From Bacteroidia bacterium (GTDB lineage: Bacteria; Bacteroidota; Bacteroidia; UKL13-3), in contig JBAYTR010000010.1 of the NCBI GenBank assembly GCA_041675505.1, forward strand, positions 67,895-131,894: a DNA stretch of 64,000 nt, written 5' to 3'. This document shows, in pieces, positions 1-9,763 of the stretch. How positions within the stretch are numbered: the stretch's first letter is position 1; every line of letters starts with the position of its first letter. Position numbers and translations under genes: made by a program. The notes below the pieces were generated by a model that worked only from the letters and a program-made list of their open reading frames with translations, did no database searches and had not been told where the DNA came from.

Positions 1-2306
1 TTGTTGGGGGTATTCAGTACGGGATGGTTGGGTAATTCAAAGTTTACTTTCGCTTCTTCATCTGTAATACGTTCGCGGGTAATTTTAAATTTATACGGAC
101 CGATATCACTGCTCAGCGGACCGGCCCAGCTGTTGGTGTTGTACTGCACAATGAGGTTGCCGCCATTGGCCACGTAGTCCATTAGTTTTTGTTTGAACGC
201 AGGTAGTTTTTCGTTGGTGTTGTAGGCGCGCACACCGGTAATAATAGCCTCAAACTGATTGAGGTTTTCTTTGGCCAGCATATCATCTGTAAGGGTGATT
301 ACCTCATAACCCAATTGTGTTAAACATGGTGCCACCTCATCACCTGCACCGGGGATGTAACCAATGCGCTTGAGTTTTTTCTTTACATCCAAACGAATGA
401 GTTTTATTTCTGCTTCAGGGAATAGTGTTTGAATAGGAATGTGGTCGTATTTAATTTCTTTGATGCCCTTGGAGTAGGACTTGCCCAGATAAGAGGCCGA
501 AGAAGTAATGGTAACTTCAGCCTGAGTGGCCGGTGGTGTTACCATAAATGTAAATGTTTTTTCATCACCCTTTTTCTTCAGCTCGTATGAAGCACTTACC
601 GGAATACATTTCCAGCCGTTAGGTGTGTTTAATTTTACCTCCCCCCGAAGGCTGTCCTTTCCTGCTTTTACACTAACCTTTACCTCTTTTGCTGCATTAA
701 TAGGGAAGGCCACAACATCGTTTACTACATTCACCATTATGGGTGGCGTAATCACAAGTGGTCTATACAGTTCTCCCTTTTCTGGGTCGACCCATTTGTA
801 TTGAAATAAGGATGTTTTTGGGCCCCAATAAGTGTCCTGTGTTTTGAAACCCACGGACCCCAACGGTATGGTTTTACTATGCTCATTTACTTCATTTATG
901 CCACGAGACAAAAGGGGAACATTGAACAAGTTGTTTTTTAATTTAGAATTTAACCAATAAGGATTTAATGGAGGGTTATCAATTGGAATAGCCATTTTGT
1001 GACTAAAAGAAACAATGCTATTCTCCTTAATTATACTGTCATCTGGGCTGAGAAAAAGACTTTGCTGCACACCGTGGCCCCACGAGAAACTAATTGGATC
1101 AATAATATAAACATTCGAAAGGATGATTGGTAAACGGGACCGATTCAAAATGCTTATTGTAAAAAGGCTTTCATCTGAAGACAAAGTATGACTTTTTGTT
1201 GTTGTCTCAACGTACACACCATGCAGATTGGCTATACAATCCCCCAAGGCCATTAGTGTTAGAGGTTCAACAAGAACTTTATTTTGAATTTTATCAAACT
1301 TGGCCAACCTTTTATAGTCTGCTTTTGTTATAAGAAGATTTTGAGCCGACAGAATTAAATCACTGGAGTTCGCTGGATTATTTGGGTCAAAAGAAGATAT
1401 TGCTCTTGTTAGTATTTCCGATATTTTCTCCCCCCCCTTCACCCTCTTCCACGTAAAATCAATTCCCTCAAAAATATCTTTCAATCCTGCCGTATCACCT
1501 TTAACGGGTTTGAAGTATTCAAAATATTCACCCCGTTGTTTGGCGCTTCCAAAGCCCTGGCTCTTGTGCATGCTGCGGCTTTCAGCGGCTATTTCTCCGT
1601 AACTTTTTCCCAGCAACGGATTGTAACCACCCACATCCAATTTGATAAACGCACTCATGTCGGCATTGGGGTCGCGAAAGCGGTTGGTGGCGTTGTAAAA
1701 CAACCTGCGGGGCTGCCACACTTCTACATGTTGCAGTTGTTCAGGAAAACGTTTGGGGTCTCCGGCTGCGTCAAAAGCCTCTTCAGCTAAAATGGCCGAG
1801 GCCGTGTGGTGTCCGTGTCCACCGCTGCCATCTGTAGCAAAGCGGGTAATGATAATATCAGGACGAAAGTTGCGAATCACCCACACCACGTCACTCAGCA
1901 CCGAGTCTTTGTTCCACTTTTTAAATGTTTCTTCAGGCGTTTTGCTGTAACCAAAATCATAGGCGCGGGTAAAAAACTGTTCGCCACCGTCAATTCTTCG
2001 GGCAGCTAAAAGTTCCTGTGTGCGTATCACACCTAACTCCACACCTTGCTCCGGGCCAATAAGGTTTTGTCCACCATCACCGCGGGTAAGGCTGAGGTAA
2101 CCGGTGCGCAAACATTTTTCGTTGGCGAGGTAAGCTATCAGGCGTGTATTTTCATCATCAGGGTGCGCAGCAATGTAGAGCACGCTGCCCACAGTGTTCA
2201 ACTTTTTAAGTTGCAATAAAATTTCAGAGGAAGTATACGAGCGCGGTGGTTGTGCGTGTAAAACACCCCACCACAAAAAGACAACTATAAAAGCAATACG
2301 TTTCAT
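1..2306 (-). CDS. PIG-L/LmbE-family deacetylase with a long C-terminal extension. Partial: the C-terminus runs off the window start.
   Basis: The ORF track omits this gene because it is truncated by the window edge. A manual minus-strand translation from the ATG at 2306-2304 gives MKRIAFIVVFLWWGVLHAQPP (signal peptide) followed by ...VLYIAAHPDDENTRL...LTRGDGGQN...DGSGGHGHHTASA, the hallmark motifs of GlcNAc-PI de-N-acetylase-like (LmbE) proteins. The reading frame stays open for more than 760 codons to position 1. Confidence 0.7.
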   Translation of the reverse strand, partial: MKRIAFIVVFLWWGVLHAQPPRSYTSSEILLQLKKLNTVGSVLYIAAHPDDENTRLIAYLANEKCLRTGYLSLTRGDGGQNLIGPEQGVELGVIRTQELLAARRIDGGEQFFTRAYDFGYSKTPEETFKKWNKDSVLSDVVWVIRNFRPDIIITRFATDGSGGHGHHTASAILAEEAFDAAGDPKRFPEQLQHVEVWQPRRLFYNATNRFRDPNADMSAFIKLDVGGYNPLLGKSYGEIAAESRSMHKSQGFGSAKQRGEYFEYFKPVKGDTAGLKDIFEGIDFTWKRVKGGEKISEILTRAISSFDPNNPANSSDLILSAQNLLITKADYKRLAKFDKIQNKVLVEPLTLMALGDCIANLHGVYVETTTKSHTLSSDESLFTISILNRSRLPIILSNVYIIDPISFSWGHGVQQSLFLSPDDSIIKENSIVSFSHKMAIPIDNPPLNPYWLNSKLKNNLFNVPLLSRGINEVNEHSKTIPLGSVGFKTQDTYWGPKTSLFQYKWVDPEKGELYRPLVITPPIMVNVVNDVVAFPINAAKEVKVSVKAGKDSLRGEVKLNTPNGWKCIPVSASYELKKKGDEKTFTFMVTPPATQAEVTITSSASYLGKSYSKGIKEIKYDHIPIQTLFPEAEIKLIRLDVKKKLKRIGYIPGAGDEVAPCLTQLGYEVITLTDDMLAKENLNQFEAIITGVRAYNTNEKLPAFKQKLMDYVANGGNLIVQYNTNSWAGPLSSDIGPYKFKITRERITDEEAKVNFELPNHPVLNTPN

Positions 2307-2351
2307 ACAATTGGAATACAAGGGTTGAACAGATAAATGCGGGAAAGGGTT

Positions 2352-5294
2352 TTAGTCTTCGCAGTGGTAGTTGCGAGGCGGGCGCGAGCGACCTTCGCGG
2401 GCGGGTTCTCCGGCTGCCTGTGCTTCGAGCATTTTTTTAAACAGCCAGTTGCGTAACTCTATGTTTTGTTGGTAGAGTTTCAGGTCTTCTTCTGCATCAA
2501 AATACCGTTTGCCGTCTATCCAGGTTTTTTCTACTTTAGCGTAAATACTCAGGGGGTCGTTGCTCCACAATACCACGTCAGCATCTTTACCTACTTTAAT
2601 ACTCCCTACGCGGTTATCTACGTGCAGCATTTTAGCCGGGTTGAGTGTAACCATTTTCCAGGCTTCTTCTCTGCTCATGTTGCAGTAGCGGATACTCTTG
2701 GCCGCCTCCTGATTAAGTCTGCGACCCATTTCGGCATCATCGCTGTTAATGGCTGTGGTTACTCCGGCTTTGGTAAGTAAGCACGCATTCTGCGGAATGG
2801 CATCAATTACTTCGTATTTGTAGGCCCACCAATCACTAAAGGTGCTGGCCGAGGCTCCGTGTTTTTTCATTTCATCGGCTACTTTGTAACCCTCCAGAAT
2901 GTGTGTGAACGTATTGACCTTAAACCCGAGTGAATCGGCCACGCGCATCAGCATGGAAATTTCAGATTGCACATACGAGTGGCAGGTGATGAATCTTTTT
3001 TTGTTGAGAATTTCATTCAGTGTTTCCATTTCCAAATCGGTACGGAAAGGTGTTTTGTTTTTAACAGCGGCTGATTTGTCGAGCGCATATTGTTTGGCGC
3101 GTGTAAAATCATTCACCATCACCTGCTCTACGCCCATGCGGGTTTGCGGGAACCTGAATGTAGGATCGTTCCAACCTCCGCGTTTTACATTTTCACCTAA
3201 TGCGAATTTGATAAAGCCATCAGCTCCTTCAAATTTCATTTGCTCGGGCAAGGCACCCCAACGCAGTTTAATGAGTTGAGATTGTCCGCCAATGGGGTTG
3301 CAGGAACCGTGCAGCAATTGCGCACCCGTTACCCCACCGGCCAGCTGACGGTAGATGTTGATGTCTTCATTGTCGACCACATCACCTATGCGCACTTCGG
3401 CTGTGTTGCTGTGGGTACATTCATTCACTCCGTTATCAATGGCAATGTGTGAATGTTCGTCAATTATACCGTTGGCCAAATGTTTATTGGTTCCGTCAAG
3501 AGTGGTGTAATTGCTCTTGCCGAAAATGCCGGCAGCATTCAGCTTTTTACCTACCGCAGCAATTTTTCCGTCTTTGATGGCCACATCGGTTTGTTCCAGA
3601 ATACCCTCCACTTCATTGGTCCACACGGTTGTGTTTTGTATGAGTACGTTGTCGTAATTCGGAAGGGTAGTTCTGCCGTAATCACCAAACGGGTAGCTCA
3701 CGCGGAATACGGAATCAACTTTATTTTCTTTGACTTTCTTTTTATCCTCGGGCGCAGCTTTTTTTGTTCCGTTCACTTGTTGCGCCAGGTAAACCAAAGC
3801 AATTTCTTTGGCTTCGGGCAAGGCGGCATCGGTAAGTTCTTTTATCCATCCGGTAACCGACAAGGCGTTTTTCGAACACTGGCAAATGGCAGCAAAACCT
3901 TTGCTTCCCTGCACATATTCCAAAGTGCCTTTGCAACTGTCGTTGCTCAGTTTCAGTTCTACGCTGTTGCCTTTAACCGTAAAAGTTCCGTTGTTACTAA
4001 GGGCAAAAGTTCCCTCCAGCATTTTTTTGTTTTTACCGGGAAGAACGTGCTGCTCACCTTTAATCCAGTGCTCGGTAATTTCAAAATCTTCTTCACCCAA
4101 AGGTGTGGTGGCGATAAAAAAGTTGGCCAGTTTTCCTGCGGCAATGCTGCCGGTTATATCTTCTATTTTGAGTAGGCGTGCCGGTTCAGTACACAAGGCT
4201 TTCACCAGGTCGGTTGCATTCAGGCCGCCTGATTGTACCTTGGCTAAGTTTTTCCAGAAAGTTTCTTTATCCAATCCTTCGGCAGTGAAGGCAAAGGGCA
4301 CGTTGTTTTGTTTGAGTATGGAGGCGTTTTTAGGTGCCATGTACCAATGCAGCAAATCAGCGGTGTTGATGAACTCGGCCATCTCAGCACTTTGTATGTT
4401 GTAGGTTTTCGGAAGTTGTAAAGGCACAATAAATGAGGCTCCGGTTTGTTTCAGTTCAGCGGCCCATTGGTACTCCGTACCGTTGCCTTTTACAATCCAG
4501 TTTTTGTTAAACTCTTTGGCAATTTTTAATGCACGCAAAGCTGATTGTTTGCTTTCCACTTCAAATATCACGGGTAAATTCTGCAGCTGATTAAAACGCT
4601 CCAGGGTGTAGTTGTACTCCAGTTTGTTTCCGCCCGCAGCATACCATTGCGCATCTAAATGTGTTTGACGCAACAAGGCGATTGAACCCATCAATGAAGA
4701 AGGATATTGATTGGGTGAGGTACCCTTATCAAAAGAATAATGCAAGGCCGATTGTTTGCGCAAAACAAGTTCGTTATCGGGTTTATTACCGGGTAACACC
4801 AACGTTGATGCACCGCGCACAATGCCGTCACGCACAAAGGAAGATACACAGCCGTAACCCATTTCGAGCAGTTGTTTCCATTGCTTATCATCGGGTTCAA
4901 AATGTTCAAAGGCATCTACATCGCTGCGGATAGCTTCGTTCCAACCCAGTGCGGCTTTTTTCGGAGCATTGTTTTTATCTGTTTTTTGGTTGATGCCGTA
5001 GGTGCTGAACGGGTCAATAAAAGAAGGATAAATCCACTGGCCTTTTACATCGGTTACTACGGCATCCGTTGGAATAACAACTCCTTTGCCCGCTGCCACA
5101 ATTTTACCGCCACGGATAACCAGTGTATAATCCAATCCTGTAGTTTGTTCATTGAGCTGTATGTTGGCATGGGTAAACGCAAAGCACGTAAGCTTAGGAT
5201 CTTTAACAGTTAACTGTGGAAAGGAGGGTTGAGCAAAAACGAAGACAGGGAAAAGTGCGGTAAACACTACCGCCAGCAGTTTATTTTTTATCAT
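2352..5294 (-). CDS. Secreted amidohydrolase-family protein with two amidohydrolase domains in tandem (about 980 aa)
   Basis: The 992-aa ORF has an internal start MIKNKLLAVVFTALFPVFVFAQP (signal peptide) at 5294. There are two metal-dependent amidohydrolase N-terminal blocks (GGKIVAAGKG...PSFIDPFS and DGKIAAVGKK...GIIDEHSHIAIDNG). This start gives a 14-bp overlap with the upstream gene. Confidence 0.7.
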   Translation of the reverse strand: MIKNKLLAVVFTALFPVFVFAQPSFPQLTVKDPKLTCFAFTHANIQLNEQTTGLDYTLVIRGGKIVAAGKGVVIPTDAVVTDVKGQWIYPSFIDPFSTYGINQKTDKNNAPKKAALGWNEAIRSDVDAFEHFEPDDKQWKQLLEMGYGCVSSFVRDGIVRGASTLVLPGNKPDNELVLRKQSALHYSFDKGTSPNQYPSSLMGSIALLRQTHLDAQWYAAGGNKLEYNYTLERFNQLQNLPVIFEVESKQSALRALKIAKEFNKNWIVKGNGTEYQWAAELKQTGASFIVPLQLPKTYNIQSAEMAEFINTADLLHWYMAPKNASILKQNNVPFAFTAEGLDKETFWKNLAKVQSGGLNATDLVKALCTEPARLLKIEDITGSIAAGKLANFFIATTPLGEEDFEITEHWIKGEQHVLPGKNKKMLEGTFALSNNGTFTVKGNSVELKLSNDSCKGTLEYVQGSKGFAAICQCSKNALSVTGWIKELTDAALPEAKEIALVYLAQQVNGTKKAAPEDKKKVKENKVDSVFRVSYPFGDYGRTTLPNYDNVLIQNTTVWTNEVEGILEQTDVAIKDGKIAAVGKKLNAAGIFGKSNYTTLDGTNKHLANGIIDEHSHIAIDNGVNECTHSNTAEVRIGDVVDNEDINIYRQLAGGVTGAQLLHGSCNPIGGQSQLIKLRWGALPEQMKFEGADGFIKFALGENVKRGGWNDPTFRFPQTRMGVEQVMVNDFTRAKQYALDKSAAVKNKTPFRTDLEMETLNEILNKKRFITCHSYVQSEISMLMRVADSLGFKVNTFTHILEGYKVADEMKKHGASASTFSDWWAYKYEVIDAIPQNACLLTKAGVTTAINSDDAEMGRRLNQEAAKSIRYCNMSREEAWKMVTLNPAKMLHVDNRVGSIKVGKDADVVLWSNDPLSIYAKVEKTWIDGKRYFDAEEDLKLYQQNIELRNWLFKKMLEAQAAGEPAREGRSRPPRNYHCED

Positions 5295-6651
5295 GTTGTT
5301 CTCTCCACAATTCATTGAATGATTTGGCACTTAGTTCAGGAAACACCCTGCGCTCTCCCCAGCTGCTTTTAAACAACGATTTAATGAGGAAACCTTTAAT
5401 GCTAGGGGCGCGGTTCATTTTTTTGCGATCGAGCATGGCTTTTTTCCAGGCTATCCACATCAGCTTTTCGCTGGTTTTACCATGACCCTCATCTACAAAA
5501 TCTTTTCTGTTGGCCAGCAGTGTTTGGTGTATGGGAATGTTTACCGGGCACACATCGGTACAGGCCCCGCAAAGGGTGGAGGCGTGGCTCAGGTGCTTGA
5601 ATTCTTTGGCACCAAATTGCAACGGACTCACTACTGAGCCGATGGGTCCGATGTTGGTGCTTTCATATCCATGTCCGCCAATGGTTTTAAAAATGGGGCA
5701 CACATTGGAGCAGGCACCGCAACGAATGCATTTTAGCGCTGCCCGTTGTTCCTGTTTTTCGAGTACGTTGGTGCGGCCGTTGTCCAGCAGTATCACATAC
5801 ATTTCAGCAGGTCCGTCTCCTTCGTCCTGAAAACGCGGACCCATAAAAAGAGAGTTGTAAGTCGTGAGGTTTTGTCCGGTACCGTAAGTGGCCAGCATGG
5901 GCAGCAACACTTCCAGATCACCCATTCCCGGAATTATTTTTTCAATACCCGCCAGTACAATGTGTACCGCAGGAGCCGAAGTTCCTACACGCACATTGCC
6001 CTCGTTTTCGGTAATTACCACCGCACCGGTTTCGGCCACCAGAAAGTTGGCCCCTGTAATGCTTACCTGGGCATTGCGTAAATGTGTTTTTATATTGCCG
6101 CAGCCTTTTGCGGTAAGTTGCTCGGCTGTGGTCTCGTGGCTGTTGGGCAGATTAAATAAAGCACCTACCTCTTCCAATGATTTGTGCATGGCCGGTGTTA
6201 CCGGATGAAAAGGAGCTTCGTTGGCCAGTTGAACAATGTATTCGCCCAAATCAGTTTCGTGAACGGCTACCTGTTTTTGTGTAAAGTGTTTTTGCAAACC
6301 AATTTCTTGTGCCGTGGTTGATTTGCTTATGACAATTTCACTGGCTGCATGTTGGGTAACAATGTTTTCAATTTCGCTGAGTGCGGCAACCGCATCGGGA
6401 GCCCAAAGAACCTTCCCGCCCCTTTTGGTAAAGGCGTTTTCAAACTCCAGCAAAAACTTATCTAGGCTTTCAATGGCTCTCCACCGGGAAAAAGAGGCGC
6501 GCTCTTTGGCCAGTTCCAGCTGTTCAAACTGTGTGATTCCCTTGTGGTGTTGTACCCGATAATTGGCCAAAGCAGCATCTATCTTCTGGCGCCTTTCCGC
6601 ATCAAAAGCTGTTTTTTCAGCTAACCGAAGAAAACTTTCCAGATCTGCCAT
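5281..6651 (-). CDS. LutB-like LUD-domain iron-sulfur oxidoreductase
   Basis: Two ferredoxin-type 4Fe-4S motifs (CIRCGACSNVCP and CGACTDVCP) are embedded in a LUD-domain-like sequence of 456 aa. Confidence 0.65.
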   Translation of the reverse strand: MADLESFLRLAEKTAFDAERRQKIDAALANYRVQHHKGITQFEQLELAKERASFSRWRAIESLDKFLLEFENAFTKRGGKVLWAPDAVAALSEIENIVTQHAASEIVISKSTTAQEIGLQKHFTQKQVAVHETDLGEYIVQLANEAPFHPVTPAMHKSLEEVGALFNLPNSHETTAEQLTAKGCGNIKTHLRNAQVSITGANFLVAETGAVVITENEGNVRVGTSAPAVHIVLAGIEKIIPGMGDLEVLLPMLATYGTGQNLTTYNSLFMGPRFQDEGDGPAEMYVILLDNGRTNVLEKQEQRAALKCIRCGACSNVCPIFKTIGGHGYESTNIGPIGSVVSPLQFGAKEFKHLSHASTLCGACTDVCPVNIPIHQTLLANRKDFVDEGHGKTSEKLMWIAWKKAMLDRKKMNRAPSIKGFLIKSLFKSSWGERRVFPELSAKSFNELWREQHDKK

Positions 6652-6654
6652 TCG

Positions 6655-7497
6655 CTATTTTATCACCAGGTTATCAATCAACCGAACACCGCCCAGGTGC
6701 ACGGCAACGCAAGCTACAATTTTTTGTGCATCTGCCCAAGCGAGTACGGGCAACAACTCTTCCCCTTCAGCTATCTCTACATAATCAAGGGTAAAATCAG
6801 GGTCTTGTTTAAGTAGGCTGATAATTTCTTCCCTCACTTCAGCCGGAGTGTGGCCGCTTATTTTTTGACTTCCGCCAAGCAATGCTTCATGAATACGCGT
6901 GGCTTTTTGGCGAAAGTGTGCTGATAGCAAGGTGTTGCGGGAACTCATGGCCAGTCCGTCTGTTTCGCGAATGAGCGGGCACACACGTACGTCAATATTT
7001 AAGTCAAAGTGTTTAACCAGTTTTTTCACCACCAGACACTGTTGCAGGTCCTTCTGACCAAAGTAGGCCCTATGAGGTGTCACAATATCAAACAGTCGTT
7101 TTAAAACGTTGATAACTCCGCTAAAGTGACCCGGACGGTGAGCAGCTTCCATCACCCGGTTCAGGTTGCCCAGCTCAAAGGAATAGTCGGTTGAATCCGT
7201 ATAAACATCAGCCGTTTCGGGGGCATACACCATATCGCAGCCGGTTTGTGCCAGCAGGTGCAGGTCGAGGTCAAGTGTACGCGGGTAGCTCGACAAATCC
7301 TTGGCGTTGTTGAATTGGCTGGGGTTTACAAACACACTGCACACCGTAAAATCGTTCTCGCGCTGTGAGTTTTCAATGAGCGAAAGGTGCCCCTGGTGCA
7401 GGGCTCCCATGGTAGGAACAAAGCCAATCTGTTTTCCACGCTGTTTAAGGCGGGCAATATGGGCATGTAAATCGGCTCTTAACTTAAAGACTATCAA
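6655..7497 (-). CDS. panC: Pantoate--beta-alanine ligase
   Basis: N-terminal GFVPTMGALHQGHLSL HIGH-type motif, typical PanC length (280 aa) and typical PanC body. Confidence 0.9.
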   Translation of the reverse strand: MIVFKLRADLHAHIARLKQRGKQIGFVPTMGALHQGHLSLIENSQRENDFTVCSVFVNPSQFNNAKDLSSYPRTLDLDLHLLAQTGCDMVYAPETADVYTDSTDYSFELGNLNRVMEAAHRPGHFSGVINVLKRLFDIVTPHRAYFGQKDLQQCLVVKKLVKHFDLNIDVRVCPLIRETDGLAMSSRNTLLSAHFRQKATRIHEALLGGSQKISGHTPAEVREEIISLLKQDPDFTLDYVEIAEGEELLPVLAWADAQKIVACVAVHLGGVRLIDNLVIK

Positions 7498-7574
7498 TGA
7501 TTAAGGTGGTGTTAAACGGTCGCTCCCCAAAGAAAAACTGACAAATTTATACGCAAAGTCTGCAGATTTTTATA

Positions 7575-7582
7575 TATTTTTG
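7575..7582 (+). promoter_or_regulatory. Candidate Bacteroidetes sigma-A -7 box (TAnnTTTG), 30 bp upstream of the 7612 start
   Basis: TATTTTTG matches the TAnnTTTG consensus. It lies in the divergent intergenic region between panC and the 7612 gene. Confidence 0.3.
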
Positions 7583-7611
7583 CACACTAATTTCATTTAA
7601 CTACACATCTT

Positions 7612-8451
7612 ATGGTAAAAAGTTCTAATCGTAAACGAGTTCTCTTCGTTTCTTCAGAGATGAGTCCCTTTCTAAAAGTTTCCAGTGTAGCCGAGTTAGC
7701 CCGCAGTCTCCCGCAAGCCATTCAGGAAAAAGACAACGAGATTCGTGTGCTAATGCCACGTTTCGGTTGTATCAATGAACGCAGAAACCGTTTGCACGAA
7801 GTTGTAAGGCTCTCCGGTATCAACATTACCATTGACGACAACGACAACCCGCTTACTATTAAAGTAGCTTCATTACCTGAAGCCAAAATGCAGGTTTATT
7901 TTCTTGATAACGAGGATTATTTCCACCGCAAGTTTGTTTACGCCAACGAAAAAGAAGAGTTTTATGCCGACAATGATGAGCGTACTATTTTCTTTTGCAA
8001 AGGCGCCCTCGAAACAGTTAAAAAATTAGGCTGGGCCCCTGATATTATTCATTGCCAGGGTTGGATGACCAGTCTTATTCCGCTTTACATTAAAACCATT
8101 TACAAAGACGAACCCGTTTTCCGTAATGCTAAAATTGTGTTCTCGGTATTTGAAAACGAATTTGAAGCCAATCTGGGCAAAGACTTCGGACGCAAAGCCA
8201 GCTTGAACAACATAGACGCTAAACAAATGGGTACCTTCAAAGACGGAGATTGCCAGAGTTTATACATGGGCGCTATTGAGCATGCTGATGCCATTGTAAA
8301 ATGCAGCGATAATATAGATCCTAAGGTGGTGAAACAGCTTACTGCACAAACCAAAAAAGGTACGGTAGTATTGGAGCACGCTGAGAATGGTGATGGTTTT
8401 GCAGATAGATACACCGACTTGTATGATGCCCTTCTTGTCAGACAGAACTAA
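7612..8451 (+). CDS. Short glycogen/starch-synthase-like protein (GT5 N-terminal catalytic-domain homolog only)
   Basis: MVKSSNRKRVLFVSSEMSPFLKVSSVAELARSLP resembles the N-terminus of bacterial glycogen synthase (K...GG/S-VA-LP). The protein is only 279 aa, so the C-terminal GT domain is absent. Confidence 0.55.
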   Translation: MVKSSNRKRVLFVSSEMSPFLKVSSVAELARSLPQAIQEKDNEIRVLMPRFGCINERRNRLHEVVRLSGINITIDDNDNPLTIKVASLPEAKMQVYFLDNEDYFHRKFVYANEKEEFYADNDERTIFFCKGALETVKKLGWAPDIIHCQGWMTSLIPLYIKTIYKDEPVFRNAKIVFSVFENEFEANLGKDFGRKASLNNIDAKQMGTFKDGDCQSLYMGAIEHADAIVKCSDNIDPKVVKQLTAQTKKGTVVLEHAENGDGFADRYTDLYDALLVRQN

Positions 8452-9763
8452 ACTCCACCGACTTTTTCTTTTTGCACTTCTTCTTTTTTCCTTCGCCTGT
8501 AAAAAAACAGACGAAGGATTTATAGGGGGAGACATTTTGCCCGCAAGTGACAACCTTAACTTTGTGGCAACCGATACATTTTCATTGTTGATGTATACGG
8601 TAAAAGATGATTCAGTACGAACAGACGAACGCTCTGTTAACCCGCTCGGTTTTATACACGACCCCTACTTTGGCCGTACCCAAAGCTCCATTTACACTCA
8701 GATTCGTTTGCCGGAGAACAACCTTAATTTTTCTGCGGTAAAGCTCGACTCCATTGTGCTTACGCTTAAGTACCAGAACAAAACAGCCTCCTACGGAAAC
8801 ACCGCCACTACTCAAACCATCAAGGTGTATGAGTTAAGCAACTCGTTGTACATTGACAGTGTTTATTACTCCAATGCCCGCCCCGCTTATTACCCGCAGG
8901 AAATTGGCAGCTGGACCGGCAAGTTTAACCTTAACGACAGCATTACACTCCAACACGGTAGCAAAACCAGAAAATTACCTCCGCATTTACGCATCAGAAT
9001 AACCAACAATGCCTTTATTGACAAAATAAAAAACGGAGGTACCAGCTTTTCAACCAACGAGGCGTTTATCAACTACATGAAAGGCCTGGCCATTGTGCCG
9101 CACGACTTTGCCATTAACCCCGGTGAAGGAGCCGTAGTGAACATGGATTTGGTGTCAACGGTTTCTAACCTTACCATTTATTACAACGACTCCCTGTACA
9201 AAGACCTGCTCATTAATGAGAACTCCCCGCGCTTAAGCAGTTATGAGCATAACTATTTCGGTACTGCACTTTCTTTGCAACTGGGTTTGAAACAACACCG
9301 CGATACCTGCTACGCACAATCCATGGGTAGTGTAAAAACATTTTTTAAAGTACCCCACATTCTTGACCTGATTAAGAAAAACGGGAACAAAGCCGTAACC
9401 GTTGCTGCAGCTGAACTTACCGTGCCGGTTCTTCCCGGAGCAGGTACAGCGCAATACGGTTTACCGTTGGAGGTTTTCTTTGTTACGGCTGATTCAACGG
9501 GCAAAAACTTCACGTTACCCGGAGGAATTTTAATCGGCTATTCAGGAAAATACAACGCTACTAAAACAGCCATTACAGTTAACCTGAGTTCTTATTTTCA
9601 AAGCATATTGAACGCGTACAAAAAATCAGGCATTGAAAAGGATTACGGCTTGTACATAGTGCCTTCCTATAATTATTCAGGCATGGAGCGAATTGTGTTT
9701 AATACCAATAAATTTGCACCCCTTCCACCGAAACTTAAATTGACCTATAGCGTTATTCAATAG
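8423..9763 (+). CDS. DUF4270-like lipoprotein
   Basis: An internal ATG at 8423 gives MMPFLSDRTKLHRLFLFALLLFSFACKK (lipoprotein signal, LxxC). It overlaps the upstream gene by 29 bp. The gene order panC, short GlgA-like, DUF4270 recurs in Bacteroidetes. Confidence 0.6.
   Translation: MMPFLSDRTKLHRLFLFALLLFSFACKKTDEGFIGGDILPASDNLNFVATDTFSLLMYTVKDDSVRTDERSVNPLGFIHDPYFGRTQSSIYTQIRLPENNLNFSAVKLDSIVLTLKYQNKTASYGNTATTQTIKVYELSNSLYIDSVYYSNARPAYYPQEIGSWTGKFNLNDSITLQHGSKTRKLPPHLRIRITNNAFIDKIKNGGTSFSTNEAFINYMKGLAIVPHDFAINPGEGAVVNMDLVSTVSNLTIYYNDSLYKDLLINENSPRLSSYEHNYFGTALSLQLGLKQHRDTCYAQSMGSVKTFFKVPHILDLIKKNGNKAVTVAAAELTVPVLPGAGTAQYGLPLEVFFVTADSTGKNFTLPGGILIGYSGKYNATKTAITVNLSSYFQSILNAYKKSGIEKDYGLYIVPSYNYSGMERIVFNTNKFAPLPPKLKLTYSVIQ

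Noticed and set aside
3453-4404. 240-aa and 198-aa plus-strand ORFs
   Set aside because: They lie entirely inside the minus-strand amidohydrolase gene and are antisense shadow ORFs.
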